64,000 bases of DNA from Candidatus Kaiserbacteria bacterium (GCA_016432285.1 CP066682.1:439072-503071); one strand, 5' to 3'; shown: positions 1 through 8,987, counted from the first letter of the stretch. The notes: generated from the sequence alone by a model not told the origin. Numbers and translations are program-made.

Positions 1-228
1 AAATATCGGACGTATCCCCATTTACCAGGATGCGGTTTAGTATGCGGCTTTCTTGGATGGTTCAAAGGCGAAGGAGAGTTCGGACCGGCGGGGAGAACAT
101 ACGAAGGCGCGGAAAATATAAACGAGACATGGCTTGCTGGAAATAATCCCTTGAGAGCGCATGGCAACTTGTGGCAGACACCTGGCATTTGGGATGATGT
201 GAATGCATCTGTTCTGTTGAATGAATGA
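1..228 (+). CDS. 3' end of a CDS that starts upstream of the window (product unknown)
   Basis: Frame 1 is open from base 1 to the TGA at 226-228. Partial gene in a low-GC stretch. Confidence 0.25.
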   Translation, partial: KYRTYPHLPGCGLVCGFLGWFKGEGEFGPAGRTYEGAENINETWLAGNNPLRAHGNLWQTPGIWDDVNASVLLNE

Positions 229-535
229 TAAAATGTTGTGTATGTCCATGAGTGCAATTCGTCTCGCGATAATCCTGGCTTTAATCCCGATAGGCCTTTT
301 CGATATATGGGGCCACGTTGATTATTGGAGTACCTCCGTGAAAGTTCTGTACGAATATCTCGTCGTATTTTTTGTACTCACTGTTCCCAGCACCATCATT
401 CTTTTAACGACAGCGTTTATATCGGTCAAATCAGAGAAGGGGTGGCAGAAAATTTTTGGGGTAATTGGGCTGGTTGTGGGAGGAATCCAGGCGATAATCT
501 CCGTCACCCAACTCATACTCCTTTCATCATATTGA
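221..535 (+). CDS. small hydrophobic membrane protein (about 3 TM)
   Basis: 104-aa ORF with three hydrophobic helices. ATGAATGA overlap with the upstream ORF stop. Local AT-rich composition. Confidence 0.35.
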   Translation: MNDKMLCMSMSAIRLAIILALIPIGLFDIWGHVDYWSTSVKVLYEYLVVFFVLTVPSTIILLTTAFISVKSEKGWQKIFGVIGLVVGGIQAIISVTQLILLSSY

Positions 536-913
536 ATGGAATAAGATGTGGGAATAAGGGAATAACAGAATAAGGTGTCAGGAACCTTTTAATGCTGGGA
601 TTGCCGTATGGGCAGGGCGCTGCGTACCGATGTCGGGGGGTCATGTATACCACGTGTTAAATCGTGCCAACGCGCGATCCAGGATCCTCTTCTCATGCGC
701 GCTCGATGTCGACAAAATGAAGGAAGGCTTAAGCCGCATTGCCTCGTACCTCAAAGGAAAAGAAAGGTGGTTGAAATAATGAAAGCCGCGCCGCGTCTGC
801 ATACTCCCGCGAACGGGTTTTCGATCTTCATGTGGTCTTAACGGGACATTCGTGAAGCTCTCCGTATTGCCCGGCTTGCCGGGGAAATTATCAACGGAAT
901 TAATTATAAAAGT

Positions 914-1969
914 ATGACTACTGTACAAAAGACAGCAGCAGGCGCAGCGCTCGCATTCGCCCTCACGGCAGGTGTGGCACTCGCGCAGACGGTACCGACG
1001 GTAACCGTCACTCCGATCCAGCCGTCGACGGCGATCGCTCCCGGGACGCAGGGCGCGACTGTTTCGACGATCAGCTTCTCGGCCAGCCAGCCGGGCACCT
1101 ACCGCGTCGCGTCGATCCAGCTTGGACTGACGCCGACCGGAGGCGGACTCGTAACGAACCTCACCGGCTGCCAGGCCTTCAACACCTCGGGCCAGGCGAT
1201 CTCGGGCACGTTCGATGCGGCCACCGGCAACATGATCAGCTTCAACGCTCCGCTTGAGGTAACCGGCGGCACCAACATGCCGATCACCTTGCGCTGCAAC
1301 GTCGCCACGTCGACCCCGGTCGGCTCGATGTTCCAGTTTACGGGCGGCGCGGTCACCTTCGCGCCGACCTTGCGCGTCAACCTCGCGGTCTCGCCGAGCC
1401 TCGTGCCCGGCCAGCAGAACGCGGCGGTTGCGCTCCTCACGCTCGACGCCACCCGCTCTGGGCAGCCGATCCGGCTCTCCTCGATCCCGGTGAGCGCGAG
1501 CTTCACGGGCGCGTCGAACCTCACGAGCTGCCAGGTGCGCAGCATCAACAACCTCGCGGGCGCGCTCAATACGGGCGCGAACGTTGTGAGCACGATCGGC
1601 AGCGGCACGAACACCTTCAATCTCGACGCTCCGCTTGTGGTGAGCGCGGGCACATCGATGACGCTCGTCCTCACCTGCAACGTTGCGTCGGCGGCTCCCC
1701 TGGGTAGCACGGTGTCGTTTGCGGTGAGTCCGTCGGTCTTCCCGGCGCTCTCCGACACGACCGGCACCGCGGCCACCACGCTTGCGGGCGGCCCGAACGG
1801 CGCCACGGGCATCACCGCCGGCACGGCGACCTTCGGCACCTCAGCCACGCCGGGCGTACCGAGCACTGGTGAGGGAGGCAACGCGGCAGCGACCGCGATC
1901 TTCCTCGCGGCGCTCCTCGCGGTAGCGGCAGGCGGTACGGGACTCCTCGTAAAGAGGGCTCTCCGATAA
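914..1969 (+). CDS. secreted cell-surface protein with sortase-type C-terminal sorting signal (VPSTG + hydrophobic segment + KRALR)
   Basis: N-terminal signal peptide (AALAFALTAGVALAQT). Two internal ~120-aa repeats, each with a conserved Cys pair (LTGCQ...LRCNVA / LTSCQ...LTCNVA). C-terminus VPSTGEGG...AIFLAALLAVAAG...KRALR resembles an LPXTG sorting signal. Confidence 0.6.
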   Translation: MTTVQKTAAGAALAFALTAGVALAQTVPTVTVTPIQPSTAIAPGTQGATVSTISFSASQPGTYRVASIQLGLTPTGGGLVTNLTGCQAFNTSGQAISGTFDAATGNMISFNAPLEVTGGTNMPITLRCNVATSTPVGSMFQFTGGAVTFAPTLRVNLAVSPSLVPGQQNAAVALLTLDATRSGQPIRLSSIPVSASFTGASNLTSCQVRSINNLAGALNTGANVVSTIGSGTNTFNLDAPLVVSAGTSMTLVLTCNVASAAPLGSTVSFAVSPSVFPALSDTTGTAATTLAGGPNGATGITAGTATFGTSATPGVPSTGEGGNAAATAIFLAALLAVAAGGTGLLVKRALR

Positions 1970-1986
1970 CGTCTCATTGCTCTTTC

Positions 1987-2016
1987 GCAAAACCCCGCCT
2001 TTTGGCGGGGTTTTTG
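1987..2016 (+). terminator. rho-independent terminator (AAAACCCCGCC-TTTT-GGCGGGGTTTTT)
   Basis: Perfect GC-rich hairpin followed by a T-run, directly after the stop at 1969. Confidence 0.7.
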
Positions 2017-2117
2017 CGCGCAGGCGGACTATCTACACCCCTTGTGGATATTCAGGGGGTAGGGGGTATACTGTGGGGCATAGCAACTCATTAGAAGACT
2101 AGTATTTTTTCATCGAT

Positions 2118-2375
2118 ATGGTTAGAAAAGCGAATCCTGCATTGCTGAAGCCGATGAATCTTTCGGCCGATCTCGAAGCTGTCGTGGGCAAGGGGCCGAT
2201 GTCTCGCGGAGAAGTGGTCAAGAAGATCTGGGAGTACATCAAGAAGAACAACCTCCAGAACCCCCAGAACAAGCGCAACATCATGGCCGACGCCAAGCTG
2301 AAGCCTCTTTTCGGAGGCAAGGGCGAAGTCTCGATGTTCGAGATGACGAAGCTCGTTTCCGGGCACCTCAGCTAA
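2118..2375 (+). CDS. SWIB/MDM2 domain protein
   Basis: 85 aa. Motifs KKIWEYIKKNNLQNPQNKRNI and SMFEMTKLVSGHL match bacterial SWIB-domain proteins. Terminator downstream. Confidence 0.7.
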   Translation: MVRKANPALLKPMNLSADLEAVVGKGPMSRGEVVKKIWEYIKKNNLQNPQNKRNIMADAKLKPLFGGKGEVSMFEMTKLVSGHLS

Positions 2376-2392
2376 GCACTCAATCTGTTTTT

Positions 2393-2430
2393 GAAGCCAA
2401 AAGCCGCCCCAGAGGGCGGCTTTTGGCTTC
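2393..2430 (+). terminator. terminator hairpin GAAGCCAAAAGCCGCCC-cagag-GGGCGGCTTTTGGCTTC
   Basis: 17-bp perfect inverted repeat right after the SWIB gene stop. Confidence 0.6.
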
Positions 2431-2467
2431 ACTCTCTCTTCAAGAGCGATTGTGCTAGAGTTGCCGA

Positions 2468-2977
2468 ATGAAAAAAATAGCTCTGTTCGCCCTTTTGGGG
2501 ATCTTCCTCGTGCCCCTCACCGCATCCGCGCAGTACTGGGGGTACAACGGATACAACGCCAACACCAATTCGAATTACAACTACAACGCCAACTACAACT
2601 ACAACGGCAACAACGGCTACAGCAACCCGATGTACCAGCAGATGTACTGGTGCGGCAGCTACTATTCCTACAGCCCGTGCTATTCCTACAGCTCCTACAA
2701 TTACTCTCCCTACTCGTACGGCTACGGCAGTGGGTATGGAAATATGTACGCCGGGGCGACGTACGCATACCCGAGCTACTCGTACTCGTATCCGCAAAGC
2801 TATTCATATCCGCAGAGTTATTCGTATCCGTACAGCTCTGGCTATCCGAGCTACGGCTACCAAAACTACTCGTACCAGAACGATCAATATTGCTACTCGG
2901 GATACGGATGCTATCCATTTGCCGTCGACGATCCGCATCAGTGGGTGTACGACCAGTGGACAGGCACCTGGTATTAA
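2468..2977 (+). CDS. secreted low-complexity Tyr/Ser/Asn/Gly-rich protein
   Basis: Signal peptide (MKKIALFALLGIFLVPLTASA). The mature part is ~30% Tyr with SYSYPQ / NYNYN repeats. Coding-strand GC3 bias is consistent with a real gene. Confidence 0.55.
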   Translation: MKKIALFALLGIFLVPLTASAQYWGYNGYNANTNSNYNYNANYNYNGNNGYSNPMYQQMYWCGSYYSYSPCYSYSSYNYSPYSYGYGSGYGNMYAGATYAYPSYSYSYPQSYSYPQSYSYPYSSGYPSYGYQNYSYQNDQYCYSGYGCYPFAVDDPHQWVYDQWTGTWY

Positions 2978-3135
2978 CGGCTGCCGATAACCCCCAATCT
3001 GCTGCGTAGCGGAGCCTGCGCGTCTTGCATCTCGGGGATTCTCGGCAGCCTTGATGTGTTGACGGCGCAGGATTCTCAATGTCGCACTTCTTCTCCACAT
3101 GCTCTCAATAAGCGCTTTGCTATACTGCGGGCATC

Positions 3136-5610
3136 ATGGCGGCGCGAAAGAGCCGGATTGCAAAAAGCAACCGCACCCGCACGCCCTCCCGCTACGTGAT
3201 CCCCATGGAAGAGGCGGGGATGGATGATGTCGCGCTCGTCGGCGGCAAGAATGCATCCCTCGGCGAGATGCTCCAGGCGCTCACCTCCAAAGGCATCCGC
3301 GTGCCGAGCGGATTCGTGGTAACGGCGGAAGCGTACCGATTTTTCATCGAGGAAGCGGGGCTCGCGAATTTTATCCGCGAGGCGCTCGAAGCCTTGGAGC
3401 ACGGCGATTTGCGACAGCTCGAGAGCGTAAGCGCCGAGGTGCGCGCCCGCATCAAGAGCGCCGCGATGCCAAAAGCGCTCGAGCAGGAAATACGCGCTGC
3501 CTACAGTTCGATGGAAAAAAAATACGGCAGAAATATCGACGTGGCCATTCGCTCGAGCGCGACCGCCGAAGATCTTCCCGACGCGAGCTTCGCGGGAGAG
3601 CACGACACGTACCTCGGCGTTCGGGGCGACAAGGATGTGCTCCGGTCGGTGAAGTCGTGCTTCGCCTCGCTCTTTACCGCCCGCGCGATCAACTACCGCA
3701 TCGACAAGCACTTCGACCACTTTTCGGTTGCGCTCTCGGTGGCGATCCAGCGTATGGTGGCGACCGAAAGCGGCGCCTCGGGCGTCATGTTTACGATCGA
3801 CACCGAGACGGGCTTTCGCGATCTTGTCCTAATCAACGGCTCATGGGGTCTCGGCGAGATGGTCGTCCAGGGGAAGGTGGTTCCCGACGAATTCTTAGTG
3901 GCGAAGCGAATGATCGGCGCAGCTCCCAACCCCTTGATCAGCAAACGGCTCGGAAGCAAGCACGAAAAAATGATTTACACGCAAAAGGGAAGCGTGGGTC
4001 CGACGGAAATCGTGAAAACGTCGCCTGCGGATCGCGCGAGGTTTGTGCTCACCGACAAACAAGCGCTTCAGCTCGCGGCGTGGGGCAAAACGATCGAGGA
4101 GCACTACACCAAAAAGCGTAAGACCTACTCGCCCATGGACATCGAGTGGGGACTCGACGGCAAAACAGGTCAGCTTTTCATTCTCCAGGCGCGGCCCGAG
4201 ACGGTGCAGGTCGGGAAAGACAGAAGCAAGATCAAAGAGTACATCCGCAAGGAAGACGGCGAGGTGCTCGCGAAGGGGCTTTCGGTCGGCAACAAGATCG
4301 TGAGCGGCGTGGCGCGCGTGATCAAGAGCGTCGAAGACATGGAGGATTTGCAGCCCGGAGAGATCCTCATCACCGAAATGACCGACCCCGACTGGGAGCC
4401 GATCATGAAAAAGGCCGGCGCGATCGTTACCGACAAAGGCGGCCGCACCTCGCACGCTGCGATCGTCAGCCGCGAGCTCGGTCTTACCGCCATCGTGGGC
4501 GCCGAGACAGTTACGAAGCACATCAAGACGGGCCAGATGATTACCGTCGATACGACCTCCGCCGAGGGGCAGATCTTCAAGGGTGCGCTGCGATTCGAGG
4601 TGCGCGAGCACAGCGTCGCCGAGATTCCGGCCACCAAGACGAAAATGACCATGAACCTCGCCACCCCGGACACCGCGTTCGAAAAATCGTTTCTCCCGAA
4701 TAGCGGCGTCGGGCTCGCTCGGGAGGAATTTATCATCGCGGCGTCCGTCGGCGTACACCCCCTCGCACTCTTGCACTACAAAGAGCTCGATCCGCACCTC
4801 CAGCGTAAGATCGACGAGCGCACGCGCGGCTGGACCAATCGCAAGGAGTACTACATCGACAACCTCGCGTACGGCATCGCGAAGATCGCGACCGCATTTT
4901 ATCCGAAGCAGGTGATCGTGCGCTTCTCCGACTTTAAGAGCAACGAGTACCGCTCGCTTCTCGGAGGAGATCGCTTCGAGCCGCACGAAGAAAATCCAAT
5001 GCTCGGCTGGCGCGGCGCTGCCCGCTACTACGATCCGAAATTTAAGGAGGCCTTCGCCCTGGAGTGCGCGGCGATGCGGAAGGTGAGGGAGGAGATGGGG
5101 CTTACGAACGTGGTGCCCATGGTGCCCTTCTGCCGCACGCTTGAGGAGGGGGAGAAGGTGCTCGCGGCCATGAGCGAAGCCGGGCTCTATCCGCGGCTCC
5201 TCGCGAAGAGCGCCGCGCAGAAAAAGACGGCAACGCCTGTGATCGTGATGTGCGAGATACCCTCCAACGCGATTCTCGCCGATCAGTTTCTCGATATTTT
5301 CGATGGCATGTCGATCGGCTCCAACGATCTTACGCAGCTCACACTCGGACTCGACCGCGACTCGGGCATCGTCAATCGCGTGGCCGACGAGAACGACCCG
5401 GCGGTGAAAAAGCTGATCGCCGACGTAATCAAGATCTGCACGCGCCGCAAAAAATACGTCGGCATTTGCGGGCAGGCGCCCTCCGACCATCCCGAGTTTG
5501 CGAAGTTCCTCGTGGAGGAGGGGATCGAGAGCATGTCGCTCAATCCGGATTCGATCATCAAGACCACGGTCGCGGTCGCCGCGGTGGAAAAGCGCCTGCG
5601 GCGCAAATAG
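3136..5610 (+). CDS. ppsA: phosphoenolpyruvate synthase (pyruvate, water dikinase)
   Basis: GGKNASLGEM PEP-utilizer N-terminal motif. Phosphohistidine region GGRTSHAAIVSRELG. C-terminal PEP-binding TIM barrel. Alternative start at 3205 (MEEAGMDD) is possible, but TATACT sits 9 nt before the 3136 ATG. Confidence 0.85.
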   Translation: MAARKSRIAKSNRTRTPSRYVIPMEEAGMDDVALVGGKNASLGEMLQALTSKGIRVPSGFVVTAEAYRFFIEEAGLANFIREALEALEHGDLRQLESVSAEVRARIKSAAMPKALEQEIRAAYSSMEKKYGRNIDVAIRSSATAEDLPDASFAGEHDTYLGVRGDKDVLRSVKSCFASLFTARAINYRIDKHFDHFSVALSVAIQRMVATESGASGVMFTIDTETGFRDLVLINGSWGLGEMVVQGKVVPDEFLVAKRMIGAAPNPLISKRLGSKHEKMIYTQKGSVGPTEIVKTSPADRARFVLTDKQALQLAAWGKTIEEHYTKKRKTYSPMDIEWGLDGKTGQLFILQARPETVQVGKDRSKIKEYIRKEDGEVLAKGLSVGNKIVSGVARVIKSVEDMEDLQPGEILITEMTDPDWEPIMKKAGAIVTDKGGRTSHAAIVSRELGLTAIVGAETVTKHIKTGQMITVDTTSAEGQIFKGALRFEVREHSVAEIPATKTKMTMNLATPDTAFEKSFLPNSGVGLAREEFIIAASVGVHPLALLHYKELDPHLQRKIDERTRGWTNRKEYYIDNLAYGIAKIATAFYPKQVIVRFSDFKSNEYRSLLGGDRFEPHEENPMLGWRGAARYYDPKFKEAFALECAAMRKVREEMGLTNVVPMVPFCRTLEEGEKVLAAMSEAGLYPRLLAKSAAQKKTATPVIVMCEIPSNAILADQFLDIFDGMSIGSNDLTQLTLGLDRDSGIVNRVADENDPAVKKLIADVIKICTRRKKYVGICGQAPSDHPEFAKFLVEEGIESMSLNPDSIIKTTVAVAAVEKRLRRK

Positions 5611-6795
5611 CTAGATCGAAGTGCGGCTCACTCGGTACACCGCGCCCGCACGATCGTCCGTGATATAGACGGTGCCGCCCGGTTCGGCGAGCACATCGAC
5701 CGGGCGGCCGATCACGCTGCCTCCCGCCGTAAAACCAGTGAGGAAATCCTGCGGATCGCCCTCCGGTTTCCCCTGCGCGTCGAGCGGGAAGCGCACGACC
5801 TTGTAGCCCGTCGGGACGCTTCTGTTCCATGAGCCGTGATAGGCGACGAGCGCGTCGTACCAGTATTCTTCGGGCCAGCCCTCTTCAGGCACGAATGCAA
5901 TCCCCAGTGGCGCTGAGTGTGCGGGGACGTCGATCATGCTCGGCGAAGGATCCGCAGCAGGCGCACCCGATCCAAAGCTCTCGTCGACTGTATTTTTCCC
6001 GTAGAACCACGGCCAGCCGTACCAGCCGCCTTCGCGAAGGACGTTGATCTCGTCGGGCGGCGTGTCGTCGCCAAGAAGGTCGCGTCCCATGTCGGTGCCC
6101 CAGATCTCGCCGGAAACCGGATGGATTTGCATGAAAACGGTATTACGCAGCCCGGTGGCAAAGGGGCTCATCGCTCCGGTCGCGAGGTCGATCGCCTGCA
6201 CGCTCGCGCGGCGTGAGTCGCTCTCTTCGCACACATTGCAGGAGGAGCCGATCGACACCAGAAGGCGCTTCCCGTCGGGGTGCGGCAAGAGCGTGCGCGT
6301 GAAGTGGCCGCCTCCCGCAGGAAGCGTGGCGAGAGTACGCTGCTCCGACGCCGTGCGGGTGGCAGGGTCGAAACGGTACGCGTTCACCGCATTTTCTTCC
6401 GCAACGTACATGGTGCAGTTGGCGTCGTTTTCATCGCAGTCGACGAAGAGTCCGTGCGGCCGCTGGAGACCCTCGAGCACCGTCTCGCTTTTTTCTGCCA
6501 CCCAATCGCCATCCTCGTCGAGGAGAGCGACGATCTTTCCCTCGCTCGTGAGGCTCGCATAAAACGCCGCGCCGGGCGCGCGCGTGAGGACACGGATACC
6601 GGGCAGATTGTCGGCATAGCGGTAGGCGGCAAATCCCTCCGGCACAGAAAAAGGAAGCGGCTCTCCCGCGGGCGGCAGTGGTGGCGCGGGCCGCACAAGC
6701 GGCAAGAGGCCGCTCAAGAATCCGCGAAGCGGCGAGGCGTACGCGATGAGCCCCAGAATGAGGACGCCGATAAGTATGATGGCGGCTTTTTTCAT
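5611..6795 (-). CDS. PQQ-dependent sugar (glucose/sorbosone) dehydrogenase-like beta-propeller, secreted
   Basis: Signal peptide MKKAAIILIGVLILGLIAYA. Motifs GWYGWPWFYG, GDPQDFLTGF, TDDRAGAVYRV are typical of the YliI/sGDH family. Confidence 0.6.
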   Translation of the reverse strand: MKKAAIILIGVLILGLIAYASPLRGFLSGLLPLVRPAPPLPPAGEPLPFSVPEGFAAYRYADNLPGIRVLTRAPGAAFYASLTSEGKIVALLDEDGDWVAEKSETVLEGLQRPHGLFVDCDENDANCTMYVAEENAVNAYRFDPATRTASEQRTLATLPAGGGHFTRTLLPHPDGKRLLVSIGSSCNVCEESDSRRASVQAIDLATGAMSPFATGLRNTVFMQIHPVSGEIWGTDMGRDLLGDDTPPDEINVLREGGWYGWPWFYGKNTVDESFGSGAPAADPSPSMIDVPAHSAPLGIAFVPEEGWPEEYWYDALVAYHGSWNRSVPTGYKVVRFPLDAQGKPEGDPQDFLTGFTAGGSVIGRPVDVLAEPGGTVYITDDRAGAVYRVSRTSI

Positions 6796-6824
6796 ACGAT
6801 TTTCTCGAAGCTTGCACCAGTATA

Positions 6825-6960
6825 CCCCGTGAGATAAATCCGCTCTTCCTTTGCGGGCGTTCTGTGCCACCCGATCTCACGGGGCTTACCCCGTGAGATA
6901 AATCCGTTTCTCCTTTGCGGGTGTTCTGTGCCGCCTGATCTCACGGGGCCTACCCCCGTG
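6825..6960. repeat. tandem direct repeat, ~65-bp unit x 2.1, each unit containing palindrome CCCCGTGAGAT...ATCTCACGGGG
   Basis: Units at 6825-6889 and 6890-6953 are ~90% identical. A third unit begins at 6953. Located between divergent starts at 6795 (minus strand) and 6994 (plus strand). Confidence 0.8.
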
Positions 6961-6993
6961 GCGCTTCCCAAAGGGTGCGATACAATCATCTGT

Positions 6994-8133
6994 ATGATTC
7001 ATAGCAAGAGTGTGAAGGCCGGTCTCGTTCTCGCAGCGCTTCTCCTCCCGCTCCTCGCGACGGCTGCCGAGTGGAAGACGGGTGAGCAGTTCTCTCTGGG
7101 GAGCAGCGAACGGTACACCGACGACCTCTACATCGCGGGCGGCAACGTAACGACGGCGGCCACGATCAACGGCGACCTTGCGGCGATGGGCGGCAACGTG
7201 CTCGTCAATGGCCCCGTCTCGGGCGATATTTTCGCGGCAGGCGGCAGCGTTACGATCCTCGGATCGGTGGGCGATGACCTCCGGGTCGCGGGTGGCAACA
7301 TCACGATCTCGAGTGCCGTTCGCGGCGATCTCGTCGTCGGCGGCGGCCAGGTCAATATCTCCGGTGAAGGAATCGGTGGCGATGTGCTCGCCGGTACTGG
7401 TGTTCTTCGAATCGACGCGCCCGTGGGGGGAGATGTGGTAATCGGCGGTGGCGAAGTCGTCATCAACGCACCGGTCGGCGGCAACGTGCGATTCGCTGGA
7501 GAAAATCTCACGCTCGGCTCCGGGGCGGTCATTGAGGGCAATCTCTCGTACGCGAGCCCGAAGGAAGCGAAGCTCGAAGAGGGCGCTGTCGTCCGCGGAG
7601 AAACGAGCTACGAACAAACGCAAGACGTGCGCGGCATCGCCGAGAAGGGCTTTCTCGCCTTCATCACGCTCGCCACCATCGGCAAGTTTCTCTCGATCCT
7701 CGCGAGCGCGCTCATCATCGGGCTCGCTTTCAGCAAATACTCCGTGGCACTCGTGGAGGGCGCGATCGCGCGCCCGTGGTTTGAGATGGGTCGCGGGCTC
7801 GTCACGCTGATCCTGCTGCCGGTCTTTTCGATCATTCTCCTCGTGACGGTGCTCGGCATACCGCTCGGGCTCTTGGGCCTCACCGCATTCGTGGCCGCGA
7901 TCATCTTTTCCTCGCTCGTCGCTCCAATCATTCTCGGAAGCCTCTCGTACAAGTGGATCACGCGCACCGGCTACCTCGAAGTGTCGTGGAAGACGATCCT
8001 GCTCGGCGTCGTGCTCTACACGCTGATCGGCCTCGTGCCCTTCATCGGCCCGCTTGTGAAATTCGCGCTCGTGCTGCTGGCGCTTGGCGTAACAGCCAAG
8101 ATCAAATGGGACATCGCCAAATCCTGGCAATAA
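6994..8133 (+). CDS. bactofilin-like (polymer-forming beta-helix repeat) protein with C-terminal multi-TM domain
   Basis: Signal/TM at N-terminus. ~12 degenerate repeats of xGGNVxIxGxVxGDL type. Four hydrophobic helices at C-terminus. TACAAT 7 nt upstream of the ATG. Confidence 0.5.
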   Translation: MIHSKSVKAGLVLAALLLPLLATAAEWKTGEQFSLGSSERYTDDLYIAGGNVTTAATINGDLAAMGGNVLVNGPVSGDIFAAGGSVTILGSVGDDLRVAGGNITISSAVRGDLVVGGGQVNISGEGIGGDVLAGTGVLRIDAPVGGDVVIGGGEVVINAPVGGNVRFAGENLTLGSGAVIEGNLSYASPKEAKLEEGAVVRGETSYEQTQDVRGIAEKGFLAFITLATIGKFLSILASALIIGLAFSKYSVALVEGAIARPWFEMGRGLVTLILLPVFSIILLVTVLGIPLGLLGLTAFVAAIIFSSLVAPIILGSLSYKWITRTGYLEVSWKTILLGVVLYTLIGLVPFIGPLVKFALVLLALGVTAKIKWDIAKSWQ

Positions 8134-8254
8134 TTCGGAGAATTTTCGCGCGCCGCTTCGTTGCGCTTCGAGAAACGCACTTACCGTACGCTCTGTACGG
8201 CTCGCGCGTTTCTGTCGCGCGCCTCGCAGCGCATCGAAAATTCTCCGAATTCGG
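8134..8254. repeat. long nested inverted repeat (outer arms TTCGGAGAATTTTCG / CGAAAATTCTCCGAA) forming a ~120-nt hairpin between convergent genes
   Basis: 15-bp perfect outer arms. Inner palindromes GAAACGC/GCGTTTC and CCGTAC-gctct-GTACGG. Confidence 0.6.
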
Positions 8255-8971
8255 TCAGCGCATCTTTTTGATCTCCACGGCAACGTCGCTCGCCAGAAAG
8301 TAATACCCCCTTTTTCGTTTTGTGAGCACATCGGCGGCCGCGTTGCTCACCGCGCAGGCCTTCTTGGCAGCCGCAAGCGGCGCGAGACCCGCTGCCAGAA
8401 ACCCGGCGCAGAGTCCTGCGAGCACGTCGCCAGTACCGGCTTTCGCGAGTCCCTTATTGACCTTCAGCGAAATATGGACATTCGATGTCCATATTTTTGT
8501 GGAGGGGCCTTTTTGCAGGATCACGTTGCCGCGCGCGACGATTTTTTTGATGTCGGCATTCTTTTGCAGCAGCTTCCACTCTCCCGCATTTGGCGTGAGA
8601 ATCGCGTTGCGAAGGTCGGATCCGCGCAGGGCCTTGACGCCGTCGGCGTCGATCACCTTGGGGAGGGGGAGCCGCGCAAGCTCGCGCATCAGTCGCTGTG
8701 TCGCAGGGCGAACTCCCGCACCGTTGCCAAGAAGGAGAATGTCAGCCGTCTTCGCCTGTTTTTTGATTATCGAAAGGTGAGTGGTGGAGAGAAATTTCCC
8801 CTTTAATTTTTTCGTCATCAAATCCGGCGAGAGCGCGTTCAGAGCCCATGCCACGCGCTCGGGTGTCATAACGACTACGGATTCGGCCCCGGCGCGGAGC
8901 GCCGAGATCGCGGCGAGGTAGACCGCACCCACATACTCTTCAGAGCCGCCGACGACCAGCACTCGTTGCAT
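8255..8971 (-). CDS. nnrD: ADP-dependent NAD(P)H-hydrate dehydratase (YjeF C-terminal domain)
   Basis: GNGAG...GTGDVLAG motifs of the carbohydrate-kinase-like Nnr family. Start at MQRVLVVGG, with TATAAT 6 nt upstream on the minus strand. Confidence 0.7.
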   Translation of the reverse strand: MQRVLVVGGSEEYVGAVYLAAISALRAGAESVVVMTPERVAWALNALSPDLMTKKLKGKFLSTTHLSIIKKQAKTADILLLGNGAGVRPATQRLMRELARLPLPKVIDADGVKALRGSDLRNAILTPNAGEWKLLQKNADIKKIVARGNVILQKGPSTKIWTSNVHISLKVNKGLAKAGTGDVLAGLCAGFLAAGLAPLAAAKKACAVSNAAADVLTKRKRGYYFLASDVAVEIKKMR

Positions 8972-8987
8972 CTGCGCATTATAGCCG

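Noticed and set aside
3895-5490. 531-aa minus-strand ORF overlapping ppsA. Similar long antisense or off-frame ORFs are 6886-8331, 1099-1977, 19808-20692, 20554-21405, 22932-23924, 24011-24907, 9648-10631, 51206-52138, 52811-53815, 54917-56026, 59652-60800 and 46182-46859.
   Set aside because: These are Arg/Asp/Glu/His-rich translations lacking any family signature. They lie opposite well-supported genes whose frame carries the GC3 bias. They are typical shadow ORFs of high-GC DNA.
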